The notes under the pieces: model-generated
Database searches by the model: none
Seen by the model: only the letters and a program-made list of their open reading frames with translations
Told to the model about the DNA's origin: nothing
From: a virus
DNA: 64,000 nucleotides
Reading direction: 5' to 3' (one strand)
IMG/VR virus record: IMGVR_UViG_3300025435_000016
Location: 12,416 to 76,415 of that record
Translations under genes and position numbers: made by a program
Shown here: positions 1 to 10,246 of the stretch, piece after piece
How the letters are laid out: each line of letters starts with the position of its first letter
Numbering within the stretch: position 1 is the stretch's first letter

Positions 1-1
1 G

Positions 2-1270
2 ACCTGTTTCTCTTCTATTGCTAGTAATTCTATTTTTGCTTATTATTCAACAGCAACAAATCCTTTAAGTTCTGGGACATATACAACAGCTACTATTACA
101 GCTTCTGGTACAAACTATGTTATCTTTAACAAAGACTTTAGTGCTTGTTCAAATGGCTTGTCAGCAACTAATTTATACCTCTATGATAGTACTGTAAACA
201 ATAATGGATGCTTTAACTTTATTGGTGGCGGTGCATTGAATACAGCTTCTGGTTGTTATAGTGTATTAGGTGGTGGTGTATGTAATTTAACATCTAGTGC
301 AAAAACAACAGTTGGCGGTGGTGTTTGTAATTGTGCTACTGGAGCCTGTGGTACAGTTTCTGGTGGATATAAAAACACAGCTTCTGGAACATATAATTTC
401 GTAGGTGGAGGAGCCAAAAATACAGCCTCAGGTAACCCTGGTAATGTTGTAGTAGGTGGTTTAGGTAATATTACTAATGGTAGAAATGGATTTATTGGTA
501 GTGGTAATGGTAATACATCTTCTGGTGGCTATAGTGCAATTGTAGCTGGAGCATGCAATTGCTCGTCAGGTACTGTATATCCAATACCTGCAGCACAATT
601 TATTGGTTCAGGTTGCTGTAATAGAACAAGTAATAGCTTTACATCTATCATTGGTGGTCTCTGCAATACAGCTTCAGGTAACTATTCCTTCGTTGCTGGA
701 GGTTCTGCTAATGATACAAAGGGATTTGCTAATACCTTTATCTTAGGTACAGGATTAAGTGCAACACAGGCTAATACAACATATGTTAATAATATTAGTG
801 CTCAGGGTATTGTTTATAGCAATCCTCCAGTGTTCAGTGGTTATGGTGTATCACAAATTACCTTCCCAACTGGCGTATGGGCAAAGGTTGTTATCGATAC
901 AAAAGAAACTGATACCAATAATAATTTTAATACTTTAACCGCCGCTGGTGGTTTAAGCGGCAGGTTTACGCCAACCATACCTGGCTACTACCAGTTAAAC
1001 GGATCTATACAATTATCGGTAGGTTCCCCTGCTACTTCGTCTGCTATATTTGCAATATATAAAAACGGTGCAGAATTCAAAAGAGGCGGTCGCATGCCTT
1101 TAAATACAGCAGGTGTTGGCTTGACTATAAATCAAATTGTATCAGCTAATGGTACAGGTGATTATTTTGAGCTCTATCTCAATCAAGGTTCATCGAGTAC
1201 AGTACAAAATGAAAACTCGAGCCCGAATGTTAGTCCGCAGTTTAATGGCGTCTTTGTAAGAAGCTTATAA
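2..1270 (+). CDS. Fibre/appendage protein with Gly-rich NTASG-x-S-x-I-GGG repeats and a C-terminal C1q/TNF-like beta-sandwich; 5'-truncated by the window edge
   Basis: Frame is open from base 2, so the ORF-track TTG start at 158 is an artefact. Repeats resemble those in 35026-40272; C-terminus has GRFTPTIPGYYQLNG...GDYFELY. Confidence 0.75.
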   Translation, partial: TCFSSIASNSIFAYYSTATNPLSSGTYTTATITASGTNYVIFNKDFSACSNGLSATNLYLYDSTVNNNGCFNFIGGGALNTASGCYSVLGGGVCNLTSSAKTTVGGGVCNCATGACGTVSGGYKNTASGTYNFVGGGAKNTASGNPGNVVVGGLGNITNGRNGFIGSGNGNTSSGGYSAIVAGACNCSSGTVYPIPAAQFIGSGCCNRTSNSFTSIIGGLCNTASGNYSFVAGGSANDTKGFANTFILGTGLSATQANTTYVNNISAQGIVYSNPPVFSGYGVSQITFPTGVWAKVVIDTKETDTNNNFNTLTAAGGLSGRFTPTIPGYYQLNGSIQLSVGSPATSSAIFAIYKNGAEFKRGGRMPLNTAGVGLTINQIVSANGTGDYFELYLNQGSSSTVQNENSSPNVSPQFNGVFVRSL

Positions 1271-1302
1271 TGTCGAGCTAGTTAAAATATAATGTAAATC
1301 AT

Positions 1303-2115
1303 ATGTCTAAGATTATAGTTAATAATAAGACCAGTGGGTATAGTACAAATATAATTAAATTTAAAAACACTAGATTAATAACTCGTACCTCTGTATCAAA
1401 TATAACTGTAACATATCTCATTGTTGGTGGTGGGTCTTCTGGGGGCACAAGTTATACAAACGCAGGTGGTGGTGGTGCTGTTGTAACAGGAAATAATTCA
1501 TATAGTTTGAATTCTCCATATTCTATAAGTGTAGGTAGTGGTGGTATTGTTAACAGTGGAGCTGGCGGCGGTACAATAACTTCTGGTGTATCTAGTGCTT
1601 TTGCAAACATTACAGCTAACGGTGGGAAGAGCAGCACTCTTGTAAGTAGTGCTTCAAGTGGCTCTGGATACGCAGGAGGGGTAAGTTATATAGATGGATT
1701 TGGCCAGACTTACGGTGGAGGTGGAGGTGGTGCGGCAGGTGTAGGTCAAGATGCTGGTCAATCTATCGGTGGACCACCAGGAGATGGTGGACCGGGAATT
1801 ACTTCTTCAATAACAGGAACATCTATAGTTTATGGTCAGGGTGGCCAGGGTGGTAACGATCAAACAGGGAATCAGGGTGGCGCTGGAGGTGGTAATAATA
1901 CAGGAGGTGGTGGTGGCGGTGGTGTTTCTAACGCAAATGGAAATACCCCCGCTGACGGAACAAATGGAGGTTCTGGTGTTGTTGTTCTTCAAATACCTCT
2001 AACACGCACTGCATCTTTTACAGGTTCTGTAACATACTCAACACCTACTACTTCAGGTTATAAAACATATGTTATAACATCAACAACTGGAACCTGTTCG
2101 GTAACTTTTTCTTAA
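1303..2115 (+). CDS. Glycine-rich domain virion protein
   Basis: YLIVGGG...GGGGA...GGSGVVVL pattern typical of phage glycine-rich domain proteins. Confidence 0.7.
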   Translation: MSKIIVNNKTSGYSTNIIKFKNTRLITRTSVSNITVTYLIVGGGSSGGTSYTNAGGGGAVVTGNNSYSLNSPYSISVGSGGIVNSGAGGGTITSGVSSAFANITANGGKSSTLVSSASSGSGYAGGVSYIDGFGQTYGGGGGGAAGVGQDAGQSIGGPPGDGGPGITSSITGTSIVYGQGGQGGNDQTGNQGGAGGGNNTGGGGGGGVSNANGNTPADGTNGGSGVVVLQIPLTRTASFTGSVTYSTPTTSGYKTYVITSTTGTCSVTFS

Positions 2116-2213
2116 TTTACGTACAGATACCAAGTAAAGTTGTTATTAAACTTAAATTTAAGATTCGCTTAATGTATAGCTCGAATTTTATAGTTTTTTA
2201 AGTAAATACTAAC

Positions 2214-4022
2214 GTGGAACAAGATCCGTTTATAAACTTTCTATCTAATCTCACCGAGAAGATTAGTGTTGAAAAAGAGCATAAGGCGTTGATGGAGAAA
2301 ATAAACTCCGAACAACCTACTCTAACGGTATCTCCATTAGAAGAAACTCTATCCAGATTACAAGAAAAAATAACTCAACAAGTTCAAGCTCATATAGAAG
2401 TTACTACGCCAAGGGAAGAAATTAAAGAAATAGTAATTAACGAAAATAAAGAAGAGCAAATATTAGAAGAAGAGAGTTTTGGTGACTTTGTTAATAAGCT
2501 TGAAGATATTCTTAAAACACCAAGAAAAGAAATACCTATTCAGGATATTGTTAAAGAAGAGGCTCCAATTGAAGAAGAGCCTGTTGATGAAATAGAGCCA
2601 GAAATAAACCCCTATGTTCAAGAACTCAAGAAGCAATCAATTGAAAAACAACCGGAATCAAACAAGTATATTAATGACCTTGACAAACTTACAACAAAAG
2701 TTGTAGCTGAAAAACAGCCTGAAAAAATAGAAGATGTAAAGAAGTTAATCGAAGAGTATGTTACAAAATACGCTAGGAGAATTTTGGATCTCGGTGGTGG
2801 TGGTGGTTCGGTAGCTCAGCAATTCGCCAATGGTGGTACAATGAATGGTGACCTTAATGTTACCGGGCAATACCTTTCCGGTGGTGTTGATCTTGCTACT
2901 GTTATTTTAAGTGACTTTACTACAGGTAATATTGCCTTTAGCGGTAATCAGATTTATACAACAAATGGAAATAATATATTACTAACTAATACATCTGTTA
3001 CTGATTTAACTGCTAATAATATTACGACTAATAATAGTGTTAAGTCAAATAGTTTTTATACTGGTGGTTTAATCTTAAGCGGGTATAATATTAACGCAGA
3101 CCCTGCCTATCCATCATATCCGATGATTATAGGTGGTAATAATCTCCCTGGTGTAAGCTTTTTATGTCCTGTTAACGTACCAGGTACTAGTTACTTCAGT
3201 ACATTAAACGTTACTAATTTAAATGTAGTTAGTGCAACAACAACCAATACAACAGTATTAACAAGCTTTACTGTTGGTGTTAATTCATTAATACCCGGTC
3301 AGTTCAATCAAGAACCTCTAACAGTTTTAGCACAGGCTGTAGGATCTGTTTATAATCAAATTCAGAATTCGTATGCCGGGGTTAGCGCTAGTTCAGATTT
3401 AGCAATTTATAACGATACTAATATAAGCTATATTGACATGGGTATTAATAGCTCATTGTATAACGGTAATCTCTATTCACCGACATTTAATGTTGTTGGT
3501 CCTAATGATTCTTATATTTATAGTTACGCCGGAAACCTTGGAATAGGTACAGCTACTAATAATAACTTACTATTTTTTACTGGTGGTACAACAACAGATA
3601 ATCAAAGAATGGTTATTAATTCTTCCGGTAATGTCGGAATCGGTACTAATAATCCAACCCAAACATTAAGTGTCTCTGGAAATATAAATGCTACCGGGAC
3701 TGTTTATGATGGAACATCGAATTCAAATGTTTGGAATACAACATACAATTATGTTTCTAGTAACTTTACTGCAACTGCTCCAAACTATTACGCTGTAGAT
3801 ACAACAACATCTGGTGTTACTGGATTATTACCCTCATCTCCGACTATTGGTAGAATTGTGGGCTTCATAGATCCATATTATTCTTGGGCTACGAAGAACT
3901 TTGTATTATCGGCAAATGTTAACATTGAAGGTCAAAATCAACCAATAGCTATGAATCTAGCCGGAATTGCACTTAAAGCACTCTATCTAGGTGGTTCATA
4001 TGGTTGGAGATTGACGCAATAG
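2214..4022 (+). CDS. Virion structural protein: acidic coiled N-terminus, GGGGG hinge, fibre-like C-terminus
   Basis: 602-aa ORF with GNVGIGT fibre motifs; GTG start 5 nt after TAAATA. Confidence 0.6.
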   Translation: MEQDPFINFLSNLTEKISVEKEHKALMEKINSEQPTLTVSPLEETLSRLQEKITQQVQAHIEVTTPREEIKEIVINENKEEQILEEESFGDFVNKLEDILKTPRKEIPIQDIVKEEAPIEEEPVDEIEPEINPYVQELKKQSIEKQPESNKYINDLDKLTTKVVAEKQPEKIEDVKKLIEEYVTKYARRILDLGGGGGSVAQQFANGGTMNGDLNVTGQYLSGGVDLATVILSDFTTGNIAFSGNQIYTTNGNNILLTNTSVTDLTANNITTNNSVKSNSFYTGGLILSGYNINADPAYPSYPMIIGGNNLPGVSFLCPVNVPGTSYFSTLNVTNLNVVSATTTNTTVLTSFTVGVNSLIPGQFNQEPLTVLAQAVGSVYNQIQNSYAGVSASSDLAIYNDTNISYIDMGINSSLYNGNLYSPTFNVVGPNDSYIYSYAGNLGIGTATNNNLLFFTGGTTTDNQRMVINSSGNVGIGTNNPTQTLSVSGNINATGTVYDGTSNSNVWNTTYNYVSSNFTATAPNYYAVDTTTSGVTGLLPSSPTIGRIVGFIDPYYSWATKNFVLSANVNIEGQNQPIAMNLAGIALKALYLGGSYGWRLTQ

Positions 4023-4041
4023 CTTATAAATAAACAAAAGT

Positions 4042-6039
4042 ATGATCCCCTTAACGTCGTTATTACAGCCTACTAGTAGCTATACATTAAACCCTGTAAC
4101 CTCGTTAAGTGCCACAATTCTCAACTCTGTTACAGCTGTTAGTATTCTTAATCCTGTAACAGCTGTTAATATCGCTTCAAGCAATGTAATATTACCTATC
4201 TCTGGTTCTGTTACAATTTTAAATTCTGTTACCTCTTTAAGTGCTTTTGTTATTAATCCTGTAACAGCTGTAACTATTCTCAATCCTGTTACCGCTCTTA
4301 ATGTAACAAATACTATAGCAATTAGTACAACACAGACATTTTCTGTATCTGTGGTAAACCCACAAATTGAAATCACTAATGATATTGGTAATCCAATACC
4401 GATTAATACAACTCAGACTCTTCCTGTATCGGGTAGTGTTACAGTAACAACACCTATAACATCATTACCATCTGGAATTCAGCTAGTAAGTAACGCGCCT
4501 GGCTATCAGCTTGATCAAACCGGTCGTGCGAGAACTGCTGTACTCGGTCAGCAATGGTGGTATAATTCAACAACCGATAAGGATGGTGATTATCGAATGA
4601 TTGAATCCTTTACGTCAACGGCAACTAGTATCTATGTTCAGAATTATGCTAGTACATTGATGACGTCAGGAACGGCAAATGGAGCTACAGCAATAAGAAC
4701 AAGTCGTCGTAGACATAAACTACGTCCTGGTGTTGGTATGCAGTATTTCGGCACCTGGTGCTGGGATGGATATGATACAAATGTTGTAAAACGTAAGGGT
4801 TGGTATACTAATTACAATGGAATGTTCTTTGAATTGTCTGGTGGTGATATGAACGCGGTTGTTCGTATGAGATTAATGGATGGAACTCTACTGGAAACAA
4901 GAGTACCAAGAAGTCAATTTAATGGTGATAAGATAGATGGTAATGGACCGAGTGGAGAGAATTGGAATTTACCTGCCTTATCTGCTTATACTACTAATAC
5001 TATTACCCCAACAGTTACTGCTGTTTCCGTTGGTAGTACCACTGTCTGGAATGTTCGATATAGTGTAACAAATGCAGCCCAGGCTAGTGCCTTCCTTATT
5101 GGTTCTAAAGTTACTGTAAATGGATTTACTCCGTTTACGTTTAATGGACCCGCTATTGTTCAGTCCTATAATACAGCTACGCCTTCTATTACTCTAACCT
5201 ATCCATTAAGTGTTGGTAATTATAGTGCAGGGGCTAGTACTGGAAATATAATACAAACTGCCTTCCACGGTACTCATACCTATTGGCTTGATATTATTGG
5301 TGATAGAACAAATCAAGTTCGTTTCGGTAAGGTAACCGATAAGGGTGAAGTTATTCTACATACAATGGCCTTTGATGGTCAATTTGGTTCTCCTTATTCT
5401 AATGCCCCAGCAATGCCTGTTAGAAAAGAAATTTACAATACAGGAACTGTTAATTATAATCCAACAATATCTATGTTTGGTTGCTCTATTAACGTTGAAG
5501 CAAGTGTTGAGCTTAATCCTTACTTTTCATCAGTATATAATAATACACCAATTAACTGTAATCTGAACCAAGAAGTAGTTATTCTAGGAGTCGGTCAGCG
5601 ATTTGGTGAACCATGGCAACGAGGAGATATTCAAGTTCAGAGTATTGGCATTCAGGATACAGCTAATCCTCCAGGAAAGAATGCAAACAACTCTATTATC
5701 TTTTGGCGTCTTTTATTAAACCCTGGATTAAGTGGAATGCCGACTTCTGTTAATACAGGTAAGTCTATTCAGTATTGGCCTTGTACATCAACAACAGGTT
5801 TAACGGGTAGTCAGCCTAGTGGATATGCTAATATGGGAGGTGGTTGGGAGTTGTTAACCGGATACGCACAATCTGGTGACACTATTAATGTTAATACTCA
5901 ATTAAACTTCCTTAACCTCGGATCTAATATTCAATACACAGATGCCGATAAAATCTTCTTAACTGGTAGAATAATAACAGCTGGTGGCAATACCCCGGCG
6001 ACTTTAGTAGCTAACATGAACGTAATTGAATCTCTTTAA
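4042..6039 (+). CDS. Putative structural protein, paralog of 28641-30458, with N-terminal (I/L)LNPVTA repeats
   Basis: 665-aa ORF after TATAAATA (4025-4032). RTSRRRHKLRPG...GWYTNYNGMFFE aligns by eye with RQSRPYHRYQPG...GFFDDSNGIFFE. Confidence 0.6.
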   Translation: MIPLTSLLQPTSSYTLNPVTSLSATILNSVTAVSILNPVTAVNIASSNVILPISGSVTILNSVTSLSAFVINPVTAVTILNPVTALNVTNTIAISTTQTFSVSVVNPQIEITNDIGNPIPINTTQTLPVSGSVTVTTPITSLPSGIQLVSNAPGYQLDQTGRARTAVLGQQWWYNSTTDKDGDYRMIESFTSTATSIYVQNYASTLMTSGTANGATAIRTSRRRHKLRPGVGMQYFGTWCWDGYDTNVVKRKGWYTNYNGMFFELSGGDMNAVVRMRLMDGTLLETRVPRSQFNGDKIDGNGPSGENWNLPALSAYTTNTITPTVTAVSVGSTTVWNVRYSVTNAAQASAFLIGSKVTVNGFTPFTFNGPAIVQSYNTATPSITLTYPLSVGNYSAGASTGNIIQTAFHGTHTYWLDIIGDRTNQVRFGKVTDKGEVILHTMAFDGQFGSPYSNAPAMPVRKEIYNTGTVNYNPTISMFGCSINVEASVELNPYFSSVYNNTPINCNLNQEVVILGVGQRFGEPWQRGDIQVQSIGIQDTANPPGKNANNSIIFWRLLLNPGLSGMPTSVNTGKSIQYWPCTSTTGLTGSQPSGYANMGGGWELLTGYAQSGDTINVNTQLNFLNLGSNIQYTDADKIFLTGRIITAGGNTPATLVANMNVIESL

Positions 6040-6045
6040 AAGGAT

Positions 6046-6189
6046 TTACTTTCTAGTTCTACGACTAATACAAGCACCTCTCCCCTCGGCGACAATTTGT
6101 GAGCGGGTTTTATAAACAGTAACGGGAACAGGTTTTGACTTTTTATGGTTAAAAAGTTGATTAACGAATTCTCGAAATACCCGCATCAT
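6046..6189 (-). CDS. Small basic hypothetical protein (47 aa), not in the ORF track
   Basis: MMRVFREFVNQLF...RRTRK*, preceded by TAAATA (6205-6200). Confidence 0.45.
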   Translation of the reverse strand: MMRVFREFVNQLFNHKKSKPVPVTVYKTRSQIVAEGRGACISRRTRK

Positions 6190-6260
6190 AGGATAAATTT
6201 ATTTAGTGACCCTTGTCACCAAATTTACCACAAAGAGAAACTTTTAGTTAAAAAAGTTTT

Positions 6261-6806
6261 TTAGGCGTTGTATACGATAACGGGCCCACCAGCGCTACAT
6301 GCAACCCCGGTAAACGGGCCGTAGATAACACCGACAGATGAGGCAATTGAAACACCAGTTATAGCGCCAACAAAGCTACCGGTAGCTGTAAGGCCGTTGA
6401 AGGTTGCACTTGTACCGAGAATCTGCAAAGCACCAAATGTACCGTAGGCCGAACCACCAGCCGTAATTGTTGTAAACCCACCCTGACCTACGATAAAGTC
6501 TTCAGAGTTTACTACATAATTAAGAGTAGCGAACTTTGGATAGATACTAACAGCAGTAAGGGAAGGAGGCGGGTTAGTAGGTGTCCAGAAACTACCTGAA
6601 AGGGGCTGGGTACCGAGCTTAACGTCGGAAGGAATATAGGCTTGAGTATTATCAGGCCATGCATTATCGGTTACAATAACTGAAGAGATAGCAGGAAAAC
6701 GATTATCACCTGTTATTTCAACATAAATAGCTTGCTCATATTGAGAGCGATTAACAACATATGAGGGATTATAAGCGTAAGGTAAAGGAATCTGCGGATC
6801 AGCCAT
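6261..6806 (-). CDS. Hypothetical late/structural protein
   Basis: 181-aa ORF with TAAATA upstream. Confidence 0.55.
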   Translation of the reverse strand: MADPQIPLPYAYNPSYVVNRSQYEQAIYVEITGDNRFPAISSVIVTDNAWPDNTQAYIPSDVKLGTQPLSGSFWTPTNPPPSLTAVSIYPKFATLNYVVNSEDFIVGQGGFTTITAGGSAYGTFGALQILGTSATFNGLTATGSFVGAITGVSIASSVGVIYGPFTGVACSAGGPVIVYNA

Positions 6807-6880
6807 AATATATAATTATTTAATGTAACGGTTATAAAAATAACAATTGTTTTTTTACTTTTAGAGCTTAATATATTTAT

Positions 6881-7822
6881 ATGTCTGATAAGTATATCAT
6901 TTTTCATATTGATGGCGGAGCTGGTAAAAACGTTATTGCTACAGCGGTTTGCCGATCAATTAAAGCAGCTTACCCCGAGCATAAGCTTGTTGTAGTAACA
7001 GCATGGCCGGAGGTATTCCTCCATAACTCAAACATATATAGGGTATACAAGTTTGGTAATATTCCTTATTTTTATGATGATTACGTAAAGAATAAAGAAT
7101 CGAAAATCTTAAGACTTGAACCCTATCACACTGAAGACTTTCTTTATCGCCGTAAACACTTAAGTGAAATTTGGTGTAACTTATTTGATATTCCTACAAC
7201 TGGTGAAAAGCCTGAGATTCATCTCACTCAAAGAGAGCTCATGTTTATTGAAAGGCAGCTACAAAAGAATGGTCCTGTTCTTCTTGTACAATCTTCAGGT
7301 GGAGCAGAGAATCAACCCCATCCCTATAGTTGGGCTCGGGATTTACCCCCTACTATTGCTCAGGATGTAGTGAACTCTGTTAAGGATAAGTTTAATAAAA
7401 TCTTACATGTTCGTCGAGACAATCAACCCTCCCTTGAAAATACAATTCAGGTTACAGATAATCTAAGAAACCTATTTTGCTATATATCTTTAGCTGATAA
7501 GATTTTAGGCGTTGATTCCTTGGTTCAGCACGTTGCAGCTGCTTTAGGAAAACAAGCTACCGTATGCTGGGTAACGAATGATCCGAAAGTATTTGGCTAT
7601 CAACTCCATAATAATATTCTAGCTGAAGGGCATAAGAACTTTAGTCATCAAATAGATCATTATCTTGATCAGGCAGATTGGATCGGTAATAACTTCTATC
7701 AGTGTGATTACGCCGACCTTAATCAAATCTTTAATAGAGAGCAGATTGTTGAATCTATTCTTGGTTCAAAGAATGAATTAGTATTTGATTTTGATGTTAA
7801 TAAGAATACAATTACGTTATAA
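6881..7822 (+). CDS. GT-B glycosyltransferase (GT9/heptosyltransferase-like)
   Basis: HIDGGAGKNVIATAV N-terminal motif and ADKILGVDSLVQHVAAALGK C-terminal motif. Confidence 0.75.
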   Translation: MSDKYIIFHIDGGAGKNVIATAVCRSIKAAYPEHKLVVVTAWPEVFLHNSNIYRVYKFGNIPYFYDDYVKNKESKILRLEPYHTEDFLYRRKHLSEIWCNLFDIPTTGEKPEIHLTQRELMFIERQLQKNGPVLLVQSSGGAENQPHPYSWARDLPPTIAQDVVNSVKDKFNKILHVRRDNQPSLENTIQVTDNLRNLFCYISLADKILGVDSLVQHVAAALGKQATVCWVTNDPKVFGYQLHNNILAEGHKNFSHQIDHYLDQADWIGNNFYQCDYADLNQIFNREQIVESILGSKNELVFDFDVNKNTITL

Positions 7823-8640
7823 TGATCTTCTTTAACTCTTCAATGCCTCGGTCGATGTCGACCTTACTTCAATGTATTCTCAATCAAAACCCTAATGTTG
7901 CTGCGACACCAACGGATGGTGTTCTCGAGTATCTCTATGCAGCTCGTGCCAACTATACGAGTACACCTGAGGTCAAAGCTATTGATCCGGAATTAGCTCT
8001 TCGTACCTGGAGAGGGTTCTGTTGGGGCGGACTCGAGGGATACGCTAAAACGTATACAGATAAGCCTAATCTTTGTATTAAAACACGGGGCGCTACTATT
8101 CATTATGAATGGTTTCAGAAGTTTATGCCTTATGATATGAAGTGTATTGTAATGGTAAGAAACATGAAGAGTATTATTGCTTCAATGGAAAAGCTCTTTA
8201 GAGTGAATCAAGAGAGTCATCAAGAAATACAAAACCATGCTCAGATGTCCGGTACTAATACACCAAAGCGTGTCGATGCTTGGTTTGCAAATCCACCGGT
8301 GGGACTTGCTCTAGAGCGTTTAAATCAATGCTTTCTCGAGGGTACGAATAAGAATTTCTTATACGTTAGAGCGGAGGACCTTACAAGTTATCCAGATCGT
8401 GAGATGACAAAGATTTACAAATATCTAGGACTTGAACCATATAAGCATGATTTCGATAACGTAGAGCAGACAGTAAAAGAGGATGACTCAGTATATGGTT
8501 TAACATCCAATCTTCATACCATTAGAGAGGCCGTCCGTCCATTAACACCTGACTACAACCAAGTACTAGGTCAGCAGGTGTGTGATTGGATTGACAATGC
8601 TCATCAAGGTTATCAACGTCTTTTCGGGTACATTAAGTAA
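7822..8640 (+). CDS. Sulfotransferase
   Basis: 5'-PSB loop SMPRSMSTLL, 3'-PB motif MVRNMKSIIAS, VRAEDL...IYKYLGL. Confidence 0.8.
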   Translation: MIFFNSSMPRSMSTLLQCILNQNPNVAATPTDGVLEYLYAARANYTSTPEVKAIDPELALRTWRGFCWGGLEGYAKTYTDKPNLCIKTRGATIHYEWFQKFMPYDMKCIVMVRNMKSIIASMEKLFRVNQESHQEIQNHAQMSGTNTPKRVDAWFANPPVGLALERLNQCFLEGTNKNFLYVRAEDLTSYPDREMTKIYKYLGLEPYKHDFDNVEQTVKEDDSVYGLTSNLHTIREAVRPLTPDYNQVLGQQVCDWIDNAHQGYQRLFGYIK

Positions 8641-8651
8641 TAAATATCTAT

Positions 8652-8924
8652 GTGAGCATAGATATTAAAAATAAAGAGAAAGAACCCTTCTTTAATAACG
8701 TTTATGGTAAGCTTGTATTGTATATACTCGCTGCATCATTAACCTCTCTCGGTAATGATCTCGGTCATTATACATGTCACGATTCAGGTTGGCATGATAT
8801 TACACCTGTTCATTGGACGACAATTATCATTAACCTTGTTGTTCAGGGATTAATTGCATGGAGAGCTTATATTGATGGAACTGCTGAAAAGCAAAGAGAG
8901 TATCTAAATAAGGGTAACGAATGA
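8652..8924 (+). CDS. Small two-TM membrane protein (holin-like size)
   Basis: Two hydrophobic segments and a charged tail; GTG 5 nt after TAAATA. Confidence 0.45.
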   Translation: MSIDIKNKEKEPFFNNVYGKLVLYILAASLTSLGNDLGHYTCHDSGWHDITPVHWTTIIINLVVQGLIAWRAYIDGTAEKQREYLNKGNE

Positions 8925-9115
8925 CATTTAAAGAATACTTAAAAACTCCTGCTGGTAGAAAAGCTGCTGTAAAGCTATATAGAAAGCTTAAAGCTAAGAA
9001 AAACATTACCGACCACCCTATATCTAAAGACTCTCGTTATATGGATTCCAGTAACATGGGGACAACTAGTAATCTTGCTGCAGCTACACAAGGTAATCAA
9101 CCAGGAATGAGTTGA
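8921..9115 (+). CDS. Small basic protein with MTFKEYL N-terminus
   Basis: ATGA overlap with the upstream gene. Confidence 0.5.
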   Translation: MTFKEYLKTPAGRKAAVKLYRKLKAKKNITDHPISKDSRYMDSSNMGTTSNLAAATQGNQPGMS

Positions 9116-9145
9116 AAAACTAAACTCAAGAGATAAATTATCTAT

Positions 9146-9334
9146 ATGTCAAATACACTCGAAACATTTAAGACAATCGTTGATACATTCACTACAGAAG
9201 TTACTAAGTTCCAGGCTGGTAATAATTCAGCTGGAACCCGTGCTCGTAAAGCTCTTCAGGAGCTTATTAAGTTTGCACGTACTGAGCGTAAGACAATTCA
9301 GGAAGAGAAGACAGCTAGAAAAACTGCTAAGTAA
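9146..9334 (+). CDS. Histone H1-like (Hc1 family) protein
   Basis: KFQAGNNSAGTRARKALQEL...ERKTIQEEK matches the Hc1 family signature. Confidence 0.85.
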   Translation: MSNTLETFKTIVDTFTTEVTKFQAGNNSAGTRARKALQELIKFARTERKTIQEEKTARKTAK

Positions 9335-9563
9335 TTGCTTTCCATGTCCCAAGAGGACATTCTGTTGTCGTTAATTTAAGCTTTACAATAGTAGAGCAAC
9401 CACATTCAGTACATTCACCGGTATTATTGAAACCTGTAGGATTCCAACTCTTACAGGCTTTACATTTATCTAATCGATCATCATACTGTTGATCAGTTAC
9501 AAGGCCAAAGTCATTCTTTGACCATTTAACAAGTTCTTTAACTACACTTTTAATCTTCTTCAA
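9327..9563 (-). CDS. Cys-rich hypothetical protein
   Basis: CKAC...CTECGC...CPLGTW motif. Confidence 0.6.
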   Translation of the reverse strand: MKKIKSVVKELVKWSKNDFGLVTDQQYDDRLDKCKACKSWNPTGFNNTGECTECGCSTIVKLKLTTTECPLGTWKAIT

Positions 9564-9744
9564 TTTCTACAAATCCCTCTCTAATTAAATAACTAGTAAG
9601 TTTACAGAGAACGTTTTCTTCTATATCTTCATCCGAATTTATATACTGAATAAAGATAGTTGTATCGCCACCTTGTGTTAATACCTCTACCTCATACTCG
9701 ACACCTTGAAACGTAATATCAAAGTATCTAGCGTCACTTTTCAT
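9550..9744 (-). CDS. Hypothetical protein
   Basis: Tightly packed in a minus-strand gene run. Confidence 0.5.
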   Translation of the reverse strand: MKSDARYFDITFQGVEYEVEVLTQGGDTTIFIQYINSDEDIEENVLCKLTSYLIREGFVEIEED

Positions 9745-9965
9745 TAGGGCACTCTACGGAGTATTTGAATCGCTTTTGGAGCTGAAAAAATATTTAAATA
9801 GAATTTCTTATCACCCTTCTCGAAAACCGTGCCCCAATTGGATGAGTTACTATAGGTTTCACGCTGAATAGAACCAGTATGCACCCAACCGTTTAGTTCA
9901 AATGCTAGTTGCGCTTCAGCTAAAACACGTAAATCGTTCTTAATAGATTCTGTAATCATATACAA
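9744..9965 (-). CDS. Hypothetical protein
   Basis: Tightly packed in a minus-strand gene run. Confidence 0.5.
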   Translation of the reverse strand: MYMITESIKNDLRVLAEAQLAFELNGWVHTGSIQRETYSNSSNWGTVFEKGDKKFYLNIFSAPKAIQILRRVP

Positions 9966-9992
9966 TATATTAACGCCTAATAACAGGAGATT

Positions 9993-10235
9993 CTACTTCT
10001 TTTTAAGCTGTATCTCTGTTTTCTCTAACTTATCGCCTTTCTTCCAAGTCTTACCCTCACAGTCGCATTTGTATTCAACTTTCTTACCAATAATATTACC
10101 CTTCTTACCTTTAATGTTCTTTACAGCAGTTACAGTGCCTTTGCTTTTATGCTGCTTACAATCTGGGTTAATGTTTTCTACTTTATCACCAGGTTTAAAT
10201 GTCTTTTCTACAAATGCTTTAAACGTGTCAATCAC
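9993..10235 (-). CDS. Small basic protein (possible SH3/KOW-like fold)
   Basis: FKPGDKV...GTV motif; GTG 5 nt after TAAATA. Confidence 0.55.
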   Translation of the reverse strand: MIDTFKAFVEKTFKPGDKVENINPDCKQHKSKGTVTAVKNIKGKKGNIIGKKVEYKCDCEGKTWKKGDKLEKTEIQLKKK

Positions 10236-10246
10236 GTTAATATTTA

